The notes: generated by a model not told the origin, from the letters alone. A stretch of DNA of 64,000 nucleotides from a virus (IMGVR_UViG_3300020045_014031:1-64000); one strand, 5' to 3'. Shown: positions 1 to 8,627, counted from the first letter of the stretch. A program made the numbers and translations.

Positions 1-1
1 T

Positions 2-262
2 TGTACTATAGTAAAGTATAAAAATACTTTTTATGTTTGTATTGATAAAAAATTTACAAATACAAATAATAGAGTTAAGATAAGAAAAAACATCAAAAAC
101 CATACAAATTACTATTTATTCTCAGGTTTATGGTATGAAGGTGATGTTTTAACCGATAAACCTTATGGTAAATGTTTAGAGATATTAGAAAAAGGTATGT
201 TTCCTAATATAGAAATAATAGGAAATGTAATAGATAAAAAATTAAGATTTTTACTTAAGTAA
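2..262 (+). CDS. YopX-like protein, 5'-truncated
   Basis: Open frame from window edge; WYEGDVL...IEIIGNVID motif typical of YopX C-terminus. Confidence 0.5.
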   Translation, partial: CTIVKYKNTFYVCIDKKFTNTNNRVKIRKNIKNHTNYYLFSGLWYEGDVLTDKPYGKCLEILEKGMFPNIEIIGNVIDKKLRFLLK

Positions 263-272
263 ATATAAAAAC

Positions 273-608
273 ATGGAAGCTATACAATATATTGCTGAAT
301 TATGGAATAATACAACAGACTTAAATATATCTGGTGTAAGTCTCCTTTTAAAAAACAAAGTAAGAAAGAATATTACTCTTAATTTAGAAGAAAAAGTATT
401 AGAATTATTTGATTTTAATAAACCAATTGTATTAGATACAATAGCTAATACAACTATATCTGTTTCTGATACAGATAAGTACATAAATAAAAAATGTACT
501 CGTGTAGGATACACAGAAACGTGGGATATAATAAAAATAAAATTTGATGATAATAAACAATACTTAGTAAATATTATTTCTTTACAAAGTAACAAATTTA
601 CTGAATGA
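273..608 (+). CDS. hypothetical protein
   Basis: 111-aa ORF co-directional with neighbours, A-rich leader. Confidence 0.7.
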   Translation: MEAIQYIAELWNNTTDLNISGVSLLLKNKVRKNITLNLEEKVLELFDFNKPIVLDTIANTTISVSDTDKYINKKCTRVGYTETWDIIKIKFDDNKQYLVNIISLQSNKFTE

Positions 609-651
609 GCCTTCTAAAATAATAAGGGTAAAACTTAAACAAATAAATACA

Positions 652-906
652 ATGAAAACAATACTTCTTTTACTATCTTTGTTACTTTTTCAAGTAACAC
701 CTCCTCTTAAAAGTATTACATATACTAAAGAGTTTGGGTTTAGTACATGGAAATTAGAGTATCATACAGCAGATACAACTTCTAATTTACATAATCAAAC
801 AATAAATTTTTATAAATTTATTGATAAACAAAAAGTATTAGTAGCTATATCTGTTAATAATCATATAATAGCTACTGATGCAAAATACATTCAAAAACTA
901 AAATAA
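652..906 (+). CDS. small exported protein (signal peptide)
   Basis: MKTILLLLSLLLFQ N-terminus. Confidence 0.65.
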   Translation: MKTILLLLSLLLFQVTPPLKSITYTKEFGFSTWKLEYHTADTTSNLHNQTINFYKFIDKQKVLVAISVNNHIIATDAKYIQKLK

Positions 907-914
907 ACAAAACA

Positions 915-1235
915 ATGAAAACATTTTTATTTATTATATTGTTATTTTTTGTACAACAAAAAGACCATATAATTACATACTCAATTCCTTCAAGTACAAC
1001 GCTCAACTTTAATGAGCAAAATTACAACGAAGAAAAAGACACTTGGACTGAAACAAATGAATCAAACAAAAAAACTATTTTAGTTAAGACTAAACATAGT
1101 TTAGCATTCTTAAACATGGAACACAAAGAGTATGTTTGGTGTTCTGAACATAAAGAATTTGTTTTAATTGCTGTTTTTGACCAATTTAGAAGTAAATGGA
1201 AATATAATCCAAAATTAAGTAAATACTATAGATAA
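915..1235 (+). CDS. small exported protein (signal peptide), N-terminus resembles 652-906
   Basis: MKTFLFIILLFFVQQ...ITY. Confidence 0.65.
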   Translation: MKTFLFIILLFFVQQKDHIITYSIPSSTTLNFNEQNYNEEKDTWTETNESNKKTILVKTKHSLAFLNMEHKEYVWCSEHKEFVLIAVFDQFRSKWKYNPKLSKYYR

Positions 1236-1250
1236 TTAAAGAAAATAAAC

Positions 1251-1258
1251 TATATTTG
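1251..1258 (+). promoter_or_regulatory. putative Bacteroidota sigma -7 element upstream of the ncRNA/tRNA region
   Basis: TATATTTG matches TAnnTTTG; no clear -33 TTTG. Confidence 0.4.
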
Positions 1259-1269
1259 TATTAAGTTTA

Positions 1270-1915
1270 TAAGTTAATAACAATGTGTAAGTTATAAAAT
1301 AACGCCTTCGGGTTAGGATGTCTATATCAAAGAAATAGAACTTATTATTAATTAATTTTATAATACAAAAAATAATGTACTGATAAGAAGCTTAAGATTC
1401 TGATGATGTACTAATTAAACATAACAGCTATTTGAAAATTATAATAGTTATAAGTTATGTATTTATCGCAAAATAAAAAACATAGAAACATATTCTTGTT
1501 CTAATAATTAAGCGTGGTAACAGTTAATTATTAGTTTGTTCTTTTTCGTTTGGTCGAAAAACTTAATTAGTGAACGAAAAGTTCTTTATTTAAAAAATAC
1601 TAATGGTAGATGAATAATAAAGTCCTGTTCAATTCAGTTGTAACAACTTGGTTAGAGTTATTAACGTTAGTAATCTAAGAGTATTTTTAAATAAAGTTTA
1701 TATTTCACTTTTACAAAAAACTTAATAACTTTTCAAGATATTGAGAACAGCAGTTTTTATTAATAAATACATTGCGGAATACGGGATATTTATTAAAGTT
1801 TTAGCTGTAAAATACAATAATAAAATCTATTATATTACCTAATGAAAGATGAGGGTCAGTAGCATAAGTTGCACATAAATATTTACAAAGCAGAAAATAA
1901 TGCGTTCATTAGTTT
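1270..1915 (+). ncRNA. putative array of structured non-coding RNA units
   Basis: ~650 nt with no ORF >=60 aa in an otherwise gene-dense genome; about seven consecutive stem-closed units, one with a cUUCGg loop. Confidence 0.45.
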
Positions 1916-1919
1916 TTAT

Positions 1920-1992
1920 ACTCAATTAACTCAGTGGTTAGAGTGCCACTCTTATAAGGTGGAGGTCATTGGTTCGATTCCAATATTGAGTA
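1920..1992 (+). tRNA. tRNA-Ile (anticodon UAU)
   Basis: Acceptor ACTCAAT/ATTGAGT, D arm ACTC-AGTGGTTA-GAGT, anticodon arm CCACT-CT TAT AA-GGTGG, T arm ATTGG-TTCGATT-CCAAT; followed by CAA not CCA. Confidence 0.93.
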
Positions 1993-2030
1993 CAATTTAA
2001 AATTTTGGGTAAATGAAAAATCTATTACTT

Positions 2031-2063
2031 AAACACTACTATATATTATAGTAGTGTTTTTTT
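2031..2063 (+). terminator. intrinsic terminator after tRNA
   Basis: AAACACTACTATA/TATAGTAGTGTTT stem plus T run. Confidence 0.8.
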
Positions 2064-2102
2064 GTTTTTATAAGAATCTAACAATTTAAACTAATAATAA
2101 AA

Positions 2103-2333
2103 ATGTCAAAATCAGGAAGAACAATGGATAATCATACAAAAGGTTATCAAAAATCAGAAGGTAAAAACTCTACTATTTCTTATAGAGAAACAGGATGTGG
2201 TATTCAAGCTACTGTAATAAGTGGAGGTAATGAATACAATTCAAGAAGTTTTAATACTAAAGATGAAGCAAGACAAGAAGCTTCTAATTTAGCTACTGAA
2301 TCACTATCTTTCCTATATGAAGACAACAATTAG
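2103..2333 (+). CDS. small protein with dsRBD-like (or integrase arm-binding-like) pattern
   Basis: ISYRETG-GIQATVISGGNEYNSRSFNTKDEARQEASNLATESL fits three strands plus C-terminal helix. Confidence 0.5.
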   Translation: MSKSGRTMDNHTKGYQKSEGKNSTISYRETGCGIQATVISGGNEYNSRSFNTKDEARQEASNLATESLSFLYEDNN

Positions 2334-2637
2334 TGAATCAGAATTAGAGATTGAGAATGATATTCTCAATCTCTTAAAAGAAAACCCAAACAAAAATAAC
2401 AAAACATATCCTTTAACAGATAAAAATAGAAGAAACGGTGTTAGAAACTATATAAAAACTAACGGAAAACACATAAAAGGTTTTTATAATAAAGATACAC
2501 AATTTGACCAATTTGAAAATAGAATAAACAATATTATCAGATTATATACCAAATGTGAAACTAAATCAGTAAGAGGTGCAACTCTTAGAATTTCACATGA
2601 CTTTAATAATTTTGTAGAATGGTTTAAACAACTATAA
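2317..2637 (+). CDS. hypothetical basic protein
   Basis: 106-aa ORF overlapping upstream gene. Confidence 0.7.
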   Translation: MKTTISESELEIENDILNLLKENPNKNNKTYPLTDKNRRNGVRNYIKTNGKHIKGFYNKDTQFDQFENRINNIIRLYTKCETKSVRGATLRISHDFNNFVEWFKQL

Positions 2638-2646
2638 TAAGATATT

Positions 2647-2779
2647 GTACAATGTTATTATAAAAGTAAGCTCTTGTTTAAAATATCTGACTGGGTGAAG
2701 ATAATGGGGAGATAATATCAAGCGTCACAAGATTAAAAATCCTCTTTTATAATAACAATTGTACGAGGGAGAAATCCCT
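2647..2779 (+). ncRNA. putative structured intergenic RNA
   Basis: 20-bp outer stem with one bulge (2647-2666/2744-2764), inner TCTTGT/ACAAGA stem, then AGGGA-GAAA-TCCCT hairpin. Confidence 0.45.
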
Positions 2780-2802
2780 AATAAATTTTAAAATTTAAAA
2801 CT

Positions 2803-3033
2803 ATGAGATATAAATTTGCTATATTTTTTGAAAAATCTTCTATTGAAGAAATGGTAAGTGAAAAAGAAATTGCTTCCTACTTAGATATGTTAGATAATTC
2901 AATTAAAGCTTGTATTGTAATTGATTATCAAAAAATGCCAAGTAAAAGATGGTTGTATGTTAAACATATAAAAAAAGAAATTGATTATGAGTTAATAAAT
3001 AAAATAAAAGAAGAAATTAGTTATCATATATAG
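2803..3033 (+). CDS. hypothetical protein
   Basis: 76-aa ORF followed by terminator. Confidence 0.65.
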   Translation: MRYKFAIFFEKSSIEEMVSEKEIASYLDMLDNSIKACIVIDYQKMPSKRWLYVKHIKKEIDYELINKIKEEISYHI

Positions 3034-3048
3034 TTTTAGAACGTGATT

Positions 3049-3090
3049 AAACTAACTATTAGTTATACTGATAGTTAGTTTTTATTTTTT
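3049..3090 (+). terminator. intrinsic terminator
   Basis: AAACTAACTATTAGT/ACTGATAGTTAGTTT stem plus T run. Confidence 0.75.
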
Positions 3091-3111
3091 AATACTTTAA
3101 ATAATAATAAC

Positions 3112-3567
3112 ATGAAACATTTGTTTACTATTACTCAAGAATGGTTTGAGTATAACAATAAAAGATATTGTAGAAATACAGATTTAGAAGTAAATGCTTA
3201 CTCTTGGTTCAATAATGATAGAGTTGTTAATACATTTTTATCAGAAGAATTAGAAAAAGAATATCAAAAAAATAAAAAGAAAATAAAAAATATAATCAAT
3301 ATTAACTTAGAACCGAGATTAATATATGAAATATATATAGATATAAAACATACAAGTAATGTTATTTATAATAGACTTGTTGTTTTAAACAACGATAAAA
3401 AAGAAGTTCCTAAAGATTATTATAATAGTATAAAAAAACAAAACAATACTTTAAATGGTATAAAACAAAATTTATATAATTTATTATGTGATAAATTAAA
3501 CAACGGAAAAATAATTCAAGAACATTTAATTAAACAAAAATTAGAAGAATATGAAAAAACTATGTGA
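3112..3567 (+). CDS. hypothetical protein
   Basis: 151-aa ORF. Confidence 0.7.
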   Translation: MKHLFTITQEWFEYNNKRYCRNTDLEVNAYSWFNNDRVVNTFLSEELEKEYQKNKKKIKNIININLEPRLIYEIYIDIKHTSNVIYNRLVVLNNDKKEVPKDYYNSIKKQNNTLNGIKQNLYNLLCDKLNNGKIIQEHLIKQKLEEYEKTM

Positions 3568-3832
3568 TGTTATTGAAGAAATATGTAACAAAATAGAAAA
3601 TTACGGTGAACATAAGTTACATTGTTCTGCTAAATTAGTTAGAACATTCTTTTTATCTGGTTTAAAACCGTATCAAGAATTTGTATTAGTTTCTAAGGAG
3701 GAGTATTTAGATTTATTAGAAGATAAATTATCAATAGCTAAATTTAATTATATTTTTTCTAAAACTAACGCTAATGAGTTTATTAAAATAAAACAAGAAA
3801 TACAAGAAAAAATAGATTGTTTAAAATCTTAA
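3551..3832 (+). CDS. hypothetical protein, paralog of 3837-4148
   Basis: shared KEEYLDLL..KL and QEKI..LK. Confidence 0.7.
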   Translation: MKKLCDVIEEICNKIENYGEHKLHCSAKLVRTFFLSGLKPYQEFVLVSKEEYLDLLEDKLSIAKFNYIFSKTNANEFIKIKQEIQEKIDCLKS

Positions 3833-3836
3833 TAGT

Positions 3837-4148
3837 ATGAAAGAAATATATAATTTAATAATTGATTTCAAAAAAGAAATAGAAGAAAGACATAATCATT
3901 CTTCATCAAGTTCAACTAAAAGAACTTACAATATTGCTTTAGGTAAGTTCAAAAAATTATTTGGAAACTTTACTAAAGATGATATTGCAATTAATAAAGA
4001 AGAGTATTTAGACTTATTGTATTCAAAACTATACTTACAAGAAAAAGGTGTAACTGTATTAGAAGATATTAAAACATTTAGTAATGTTTTAAAACATAAA
4101 GAAATTAAAAATCTTCAAGAAAAAATAGAATACCTAAAACTTCTTTAG
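3837..4148 (+). CDS. hypothetical protein, paralog of 3551-3832
   Basis: shared KEEYLDLL..KL and QEKI..LK. Confidence 0.7.
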   Translation: MKEIYNLIIDFKKEIEERHNHSSSSSTKRTYNIALGKFKKLFGNFTKDDIAINKEEYLDLLYSKLYLQEKGVTVLEDIKTFSNVLKHKEIKNLQEKIEYLKLL

Positions 4149-4253
4149 GTATCTAATTAATGCTTCACTGTAACTTTGCAAGGGTTACTTACATAGGTAA
4201 AAAGCAGAGCAATTAGAAATTTTCAAATAATTTAACAAAAACAACAAAAACAA

Positions 4254-4847
4254 ATGGAAAATTTAGCACAAGCAGTAACTACACAGGGAGTTGTAATTAC
4301 TAAAAATTCAAAATCAGAAGATTTAAGAGATGCTTTTAAAGCACAACTTGAATCTGGTGAAGTATTTACTTATTTTATTGAACAACCTTTAGATGATAAA
4401 GGTAATCCTAAAAAAGATAAGCAAGGAAAAGAATATCTTGTTGCTTTTATGGTACAAAGTAGAAAACTACGTGATGATGCAACAGATGATTTGAATGCTT
4501 TATTATTAGGATGGAATAATGAAAGACTTGTTCGTACATTACATAGAATTGACAAAGATTTGTGGGATAAATCTTTAAATAAAATCTTTGGTATTGGTGT
4601 TCTTCAATCAAATATTGAAGCATTGAAAGGTAAATCAACTAATATTCAAGTTCAACACAAAGAAGAACCTGCTTATGAAAATCAATCTCCAAGACAAATT
4701 GGTGATACTTGGTTATTATCTCCAAGTGGTAAATATTCTTATGAACACACTGAATTAGTTGTAGGAGAACCTAAAGACGAACTTTATGATTCTGTAAGAG
4801 TAGAAAAAGCAGGTTATGCCGACCCAAGTGGAGAGGGAGAATTATAA
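4254..4847 (+). CDS. hypothetical protein, probably highly expressed
   Basis: 197 aa, balanced composition, ATT rather than ATA Ile codons, long A/C-rich leader, acidic tail. Confidence 0.85.
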   Translation: MENLAQAVTTQGVVITKNSKSEDLRDAFKAQLESGEVFTYFIEQPLDDKGNPKKDKQGKEYLVAFMVQSRKLRDDATDDLNALLLGWNNERLVRTLHRIDKDLWDKSLNKIFGIGVLQSNIEALKGKSTNIQVQHKEEPAYENQSPRQIGDTWLLSPSGKYSYEHTELVVGEPKDELYDSVRVEKAGYADPSGEGEL

Positions 4848-4960
4848 TTTCCTTTATTTTTAGAAGGCTCATACATCACATTTGAGCCTTCTAAAATAAT
4901 AAATCAACTAATTTAATTAACTTTACAAATATTATTTAACAACACAAAACAATTACTAAC

Positions 4961-5212
4961 ATGACATTAGGAAGAAATATCGAAACTATTGAGTTATTAA
5001 ATACAGCAACAACTCACAAAACTTTTCAAGGATTAGAATATAACTACCCTTTAGTAGCTGTAAATAAAACTACACATACTAAAGAAGAAAAAGCTTTAGT
5101 AAAAAAACTTAAAAGAAGTATTTTTACTGATACAGATATTGATAGAAAAAATTCTATTAAAAGAAGACAATTACGTGTAAAGTTAGATTATCATTTTAAA
5201 AATAAAAACTAA
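4961..5212 (+). CDS. hypothetical basic protein
   Basis: 83-aa ORF. Confidence 0.7.
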   Translation: MTLGRNIETIELLNTATTHKTFQGLEYNYPLVAVNKTTHTKEEKALVKKLKRSIFTDTDIDRKNSIKRRQLRVKLDYHFKNKN

Positions 5213-5493
5213 TGAGAACAGTATTAGCAGGTATTATAGTAGTATTATTTTGTTTCTTAATGATACAAAATGAAGAAATAAAAGCAAACATAGAAATAAA
5301 ACAAAGAGTAACTGTTTGTAAAATTATTTACGGTGAGAAAAGTACACAAAAAGAAATATTAACTTACTGTAAACAAGGTTATAAATTAACAAATATATGC
5401 TCATCTACTTCTTATAGAGAACCAACCTATCCAGATATAGAAGGAAGTAATATTGGTTATGGTTACTGTTATATATTAGTATTTGAAAAATAA
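5212..5493 (+). CDS. small membrane-anchored/exported protein
   Basis: N-terminal hydrophobic helix; KQGYKL...YILVFEK ending. Confidence 0.65.
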   Translation: MRTVLAGIIVVLFCFLMIQNEEIKANIEIKQRVTVCKIIYGEKSTQKEILTYCKQGYKLTNICSSTSYREPTYPDIEGSNIGYGYCYILVFEK

Positions 5494-5497
5494 TATA

Positions 5498-5539
5498 AAA
5501 ACTCATATTACATTAATTTGTAATATGAGTTTTATTTTT
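5498..5539 (+). terminator. intrinsic terminator
   Basis: 15-bp perfect stem AAAACTCATATTACA/TGTAATATGAGTTTT. Confidence 0.8.
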
Positions 5540-5564
5540 GACCTTCTTTAAAAAAAAACTTGAC

Positions 5565-5882
5565 ATGAAACATAAAGTAAGAATAACTAAATATAATAAT
5601 GCAACAAAAATAAAAATACTACCTAATAAAAGAATTAGTGTAGGTAGAGTTTTAGAAAAAGATACTTTTGATGAAATAAATACTAATAATTTTTTTGTAG
5701 AAATGACAAATTATAGAAAAGAAGGTTTTCCAGAAAAAACTCGTGTTGTAAATCAAAATGTAAGTAACAATAATAAAATAATTGTTAGTGGATTTTATTT
5801 GACAAAAGAATCTGCTTATGCTTTATATTTAGCTTTACAACATGAATTACAATTATCAGATTTAAACAATATAGATATATAA
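5565..5882 (+). CDS. hypothetical protein
   Basis: Start moved to ATG 5565 since 5538 lies in the terminator tail. Confidence 0.65.
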   Translation: MKHKVRITKYNNATKIKILPNKRISVGRVLEKDTFDEINTNNFFVEMTNYRKEGFPEKTRVVNQNVSNNNKIIVSGFYLTKESAYALYLALQHELQLSDLNNIDI

Positions 5883-5886
5883 AAAT

Positions 5887-6138
5887 ATGGAAAGATATTT
5901 TATAGTATTTTATACTTATAATGCTGAACATAATGTTAATAATAATATTAATTCAAGTAATATAACAGGAGAAGGTTATAAAACTATCACTTGCAATGGT
6001 TTTGTAAATCAAAAAGAAACAGAAGAAAGTATTATAAAAGAATTAATGAAAAAATATAGTTTTTTCACTAATGTTAATCCTATAATTAAAAACATTATAG
6101 AATTAAATGAAGAAGATTACAATGATTGGCTAGGTTAA
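5887..6138 (+). CDS. hypothetical protein
   Basis: 83-aa ORF. Confidence 0.7.
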   Translation: MERYFIVFYTYNAEHNVNNNINSSNITGEGYKTITCNGFVNQKETEESIIKELMKKYSFFTNVNPIIKNIIELNEEDYNDWLG

Positions 6139-6158
6139 AAAATATAAACAATAAAACA

Positions 6159-6575
6159 ATGAATAAAATATTTAATAGTCAAACTTACAGACCTTATATA
6201 TCTGTAGAAGAGAAAAATTCTTTATTAGGTAAAAAAATTAAACATAAAGACGGTGTTTTTTATAAGTTAATTATAAGTATAACCAATTTAGGTGTTTGTA
6301 CATCTCATAGTTTTATAGATTATAAAGAGTTACTTGAATCATGTACATTTGAAGATGAAAGTCCTTGTGGTATTAAAGTAGAAAAAGAAAATAATGAATT
6401 TAATTTATCATTATTAGATTTATTTAATTATCCAGAAGGAACTGAGTTTTACTATCAAGACAAGTATGCTATTGTTACTGTTAAAAAAGGAATTTTATAC
6501 GAAATAACAATAGGAGGTTCTTGTTATGTAACAAAAAACTTATTGGAATCAAAATTTAAACAAGTAGAAAGATGA
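6159..6575 (+). CDS. hypothetical protein
   Basis: ATG at 6159 with A-rich leader; FEDESPCG motif. Confidence 0.7.
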   Translation: MNKIFNSQTYRPYISVEEKNSLLGKKIKHKDGVFYKLIISITNLGVCTSHSFIDYKELLESCTFEDESPCGIKVEKENNEFNLSLLDLFNYPEGTEFYYQDKYAIVTVKKGILYEITIGGSCYVTKNLLESKFKQVER

Positions 6576-6931
6576 TAAAAATAATAATTAATGAATACAG
6601 AACTATACTAATACCTTATGGTTCTATCGAGTATATTGATACAATAGGTAAAGAAATAAAAGAATTATTTATAAAATTTAAAAAAACAGTACCTGTATTA
6701 GGTGAAGGAGTACGTATAAACTTAGAAGGGTATAATTCTATTTTTAATATTATAATTCATAAATTACAACATAATTCTTTTGTTGAAATATATATCAAGG
6801 TTGACCCTACAAAAGATTATTTTACTTATTGTATTGATATTGAAAAACTTAATCAGTTAGCAAAAGAACACGAAGAAAAATATCAAATGTTACAAACACT
6901 AAAAGAAACTTTAAAAAATCCTTTAGAATGA
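6572..6931 (+). CDS. hypothetical protein
   Basis: ATGA overlaps on both sides. Confidence 0.7.
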   Translation: MIKIIINEYRTILIPYGSIEYIDTIGKEIKELFIKFKKTVPVLGEGVRINLEGYNSIFNIIIHKLQHNSFVEIYIKVDPTKDYFTYCIDIEKLNQLAKEHEEKYQMLQTLKETLKNPLE

Positions 6932-7776
6932 AATATAAAATACTAATATTAATACTATTATTTAATATACAAAATATTAAAGGTAGTATTCTTCCAGTAA
7001 AAATAACTATTAAAGAATCAGTTAGATTAATGATTTTAACTGATTCTTTAGTTAAACAAAATGATAAAATAACATTATATGCACAAGCTGTGTTAGAATC
7101 AGGTTACTTTAAACACCATAAGTATAATAATATTTATGGTATAATGAAAAGAAGTAGGTTAAAAAAGTATAACTCTATTGCTGAGTGTTATAATGATAGA
7201 ATTAGACTTTATATTAAAAAGAACCATACTGTACTTTCTAAAAACTATGCTAAAGATAAAAAATACAAAAAGAAAATTAATTACTTAGTAAATAAATTAA
7301 AAAATACTATGAAACACAACATAATAAAAGAAATTGAAACTGAAACGATACATGAGTTTACAGAAGAAGAAGAAATGTTATTTTTGAGAACAAAAAACTT
7401 TGCTCTTGATTATGATAAATTAAGTACAATAAATATAAGTGTTAGACTTACTAATTTACTTAATAAAATTGGAATACCTACTCAAAAAATTGAAGGTGAA
7501 GAATACTATATATTTGATAACGATTATCTTAATAGTATAAAATACATTAAAATTATATTGTTATCGCATAGTGATTTTATTTTATTTGAACAATGGAAAG
7601 AATGGTTAAATAAAGGTGTTATTCAAGAGAAACAGATTAAATCATTTTATGATAATAAATCACAAAAGTTAATAAGAAAATTAAGTATAAGTACTGAAAT
7701 TATTAATGATGTAGAATATTACATATTCAATAAAGAATATATTAACAATTTAAACATTAGAAAAAATGAAAGCTGA
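6928..7776 (+). CDS. GH73/FlgJ-type glucosaminidase-like peptidoglycan hydrolase with signal peptide, fused to unrelated C-terminal domain
   Basis: AQAVLESG, NNIYGI and YAKDKKYKKK motifs. Confidence 0.65.
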   Translation: MKYKILILILLFNIQNIKGSILPVKITIKESVRLMILTDSLVKQNDKITLYAQAVLESGYFKHHKYNNIYGIMKRSRLKKYNSIAECYNDRIRLYIKKNHTVLSKNYAKDKKYKKKINYLVNKLKNTMKHNIIKEIETETIHEFTEEEEMLFLRTKNFALDYDKLSTINISVRLTNLLNKIGIPTQKIEGEEYYIFDNDYLNSIKYIKIILLSHSDFILFEQWKEWLNKGVIQEKQIKSFYDNKSQKLIRKLSISTEIINDVEYYIFNKEYINNLNIRKNES

Positions 7777-8014
7777 CTTACTATTAAAAGAAATAATTAA
7801 AAATTATCCTAATGATAATGTTGTTGCTATTGCACAAGATAAAGATGAGAATAGTGTTTTTGTTTATTTTAATCAAATACCTGTAATAAATGATTCTGAT
7901 GAGAGGTGGTGTAATTTTCCTATTAAGTATTTAGCGTTTGATTTTAGTAAAATAATAAAATGGGATTCACATAATTGGAAACAAAGAATTGTAACAATAA
8001 ATGATTTAAAATAA
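7766..8014 (+). CDS. hypothetical protein
   Basis: IAQDKD...W...W pattern of small phage proteins. Confidence 0.7.
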   Translation: MKADLLLKEIIKNYPNDNVVAIAQDKDENSVFVYFNQIPVINDSDERWCNFPIKYLAFDFSKIIKWDSHNWKQRIVTINDLK

Positions 8015-8221
8015 ATGTTAGATGAAAAAATATTATTTGAAGAATTTAACAAAGAAGGTTGGTATCAATTTTATAGTCAAAATTTTTGGAGACATACTTC
8101 TCATAAAGGTAATTTAGACGGTTGTGATACCCAATATCTTTTATTAATTATAAGTAAAAAGAAAGGTTTTAAAAGACCAATTGATTATATAAACGATTTA
8201 ATAGCAAAACAAAATGAATAA
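8015..8221 (+). CDS. hypothetical protein
   Basis: 68-aa ORF abutting neighbours. Confidence 0.65.
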   Translation: MLDEKILFEEFNKEGWYQFYSQNFWRHTSHKGNLDGCDTQYLLLIISKKKGFKRPIDYINDLIAKQNE

Positions 8222-8627
8222 CACAGATTATTTAACATTAGGAGTATTATTTTTAATAGTAATGTTTATAACTATACATTTGTATATTTATAATAAAGAT
8301 TTAAAATTAAAAATACTTGATTTAGAAAGTAAAATAGATATTTTAGAGTTAAAAAATAAAAAATACAAATTCTATATTGAATTAAAAGATTTTATACTTT
8401 TTGAATTTAAAAACTTAAGTATTGAAACAGAATATTTTTTATCAGATAGTATAATAAAAGAAATTAATAATAATAAAGATTATTTTTATATTGAAAGTTC
8501 TGATAAATTACTAATACAGAGTATTTTTAGATTAATTATAAGATTTAATTTGAAAAATAATAAATTGTGTGATATAAATATAGAATATAAAACAAACAAT
8601 AATATTTTAACATTTAAAATAAAATAA
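8214..8627 (+). CDS. membrane-anchored coiled-coil protein
   Basis: N-terminal TM then heptad-rich segment. Confidence 0.7.
   Translation: MNNTDYLTLGVLFLIVMFITIHLYIYNKDLKLKILDLESKIDILELKNKKYKFYIELKDFILFEFKNLSIETEYFLSDSIIKEINNNKDYFYIESSDKLLIQSIFRLIIRFNLKNNKLCDINIEYKTNNNILTFKIK

Noticed and set aside
1380-1500. Hammerhead ribozyme (CTGATGA at 1400, GAAAC at 1485)
   Set aside because: Could not form stem I or a clean stem II around the core
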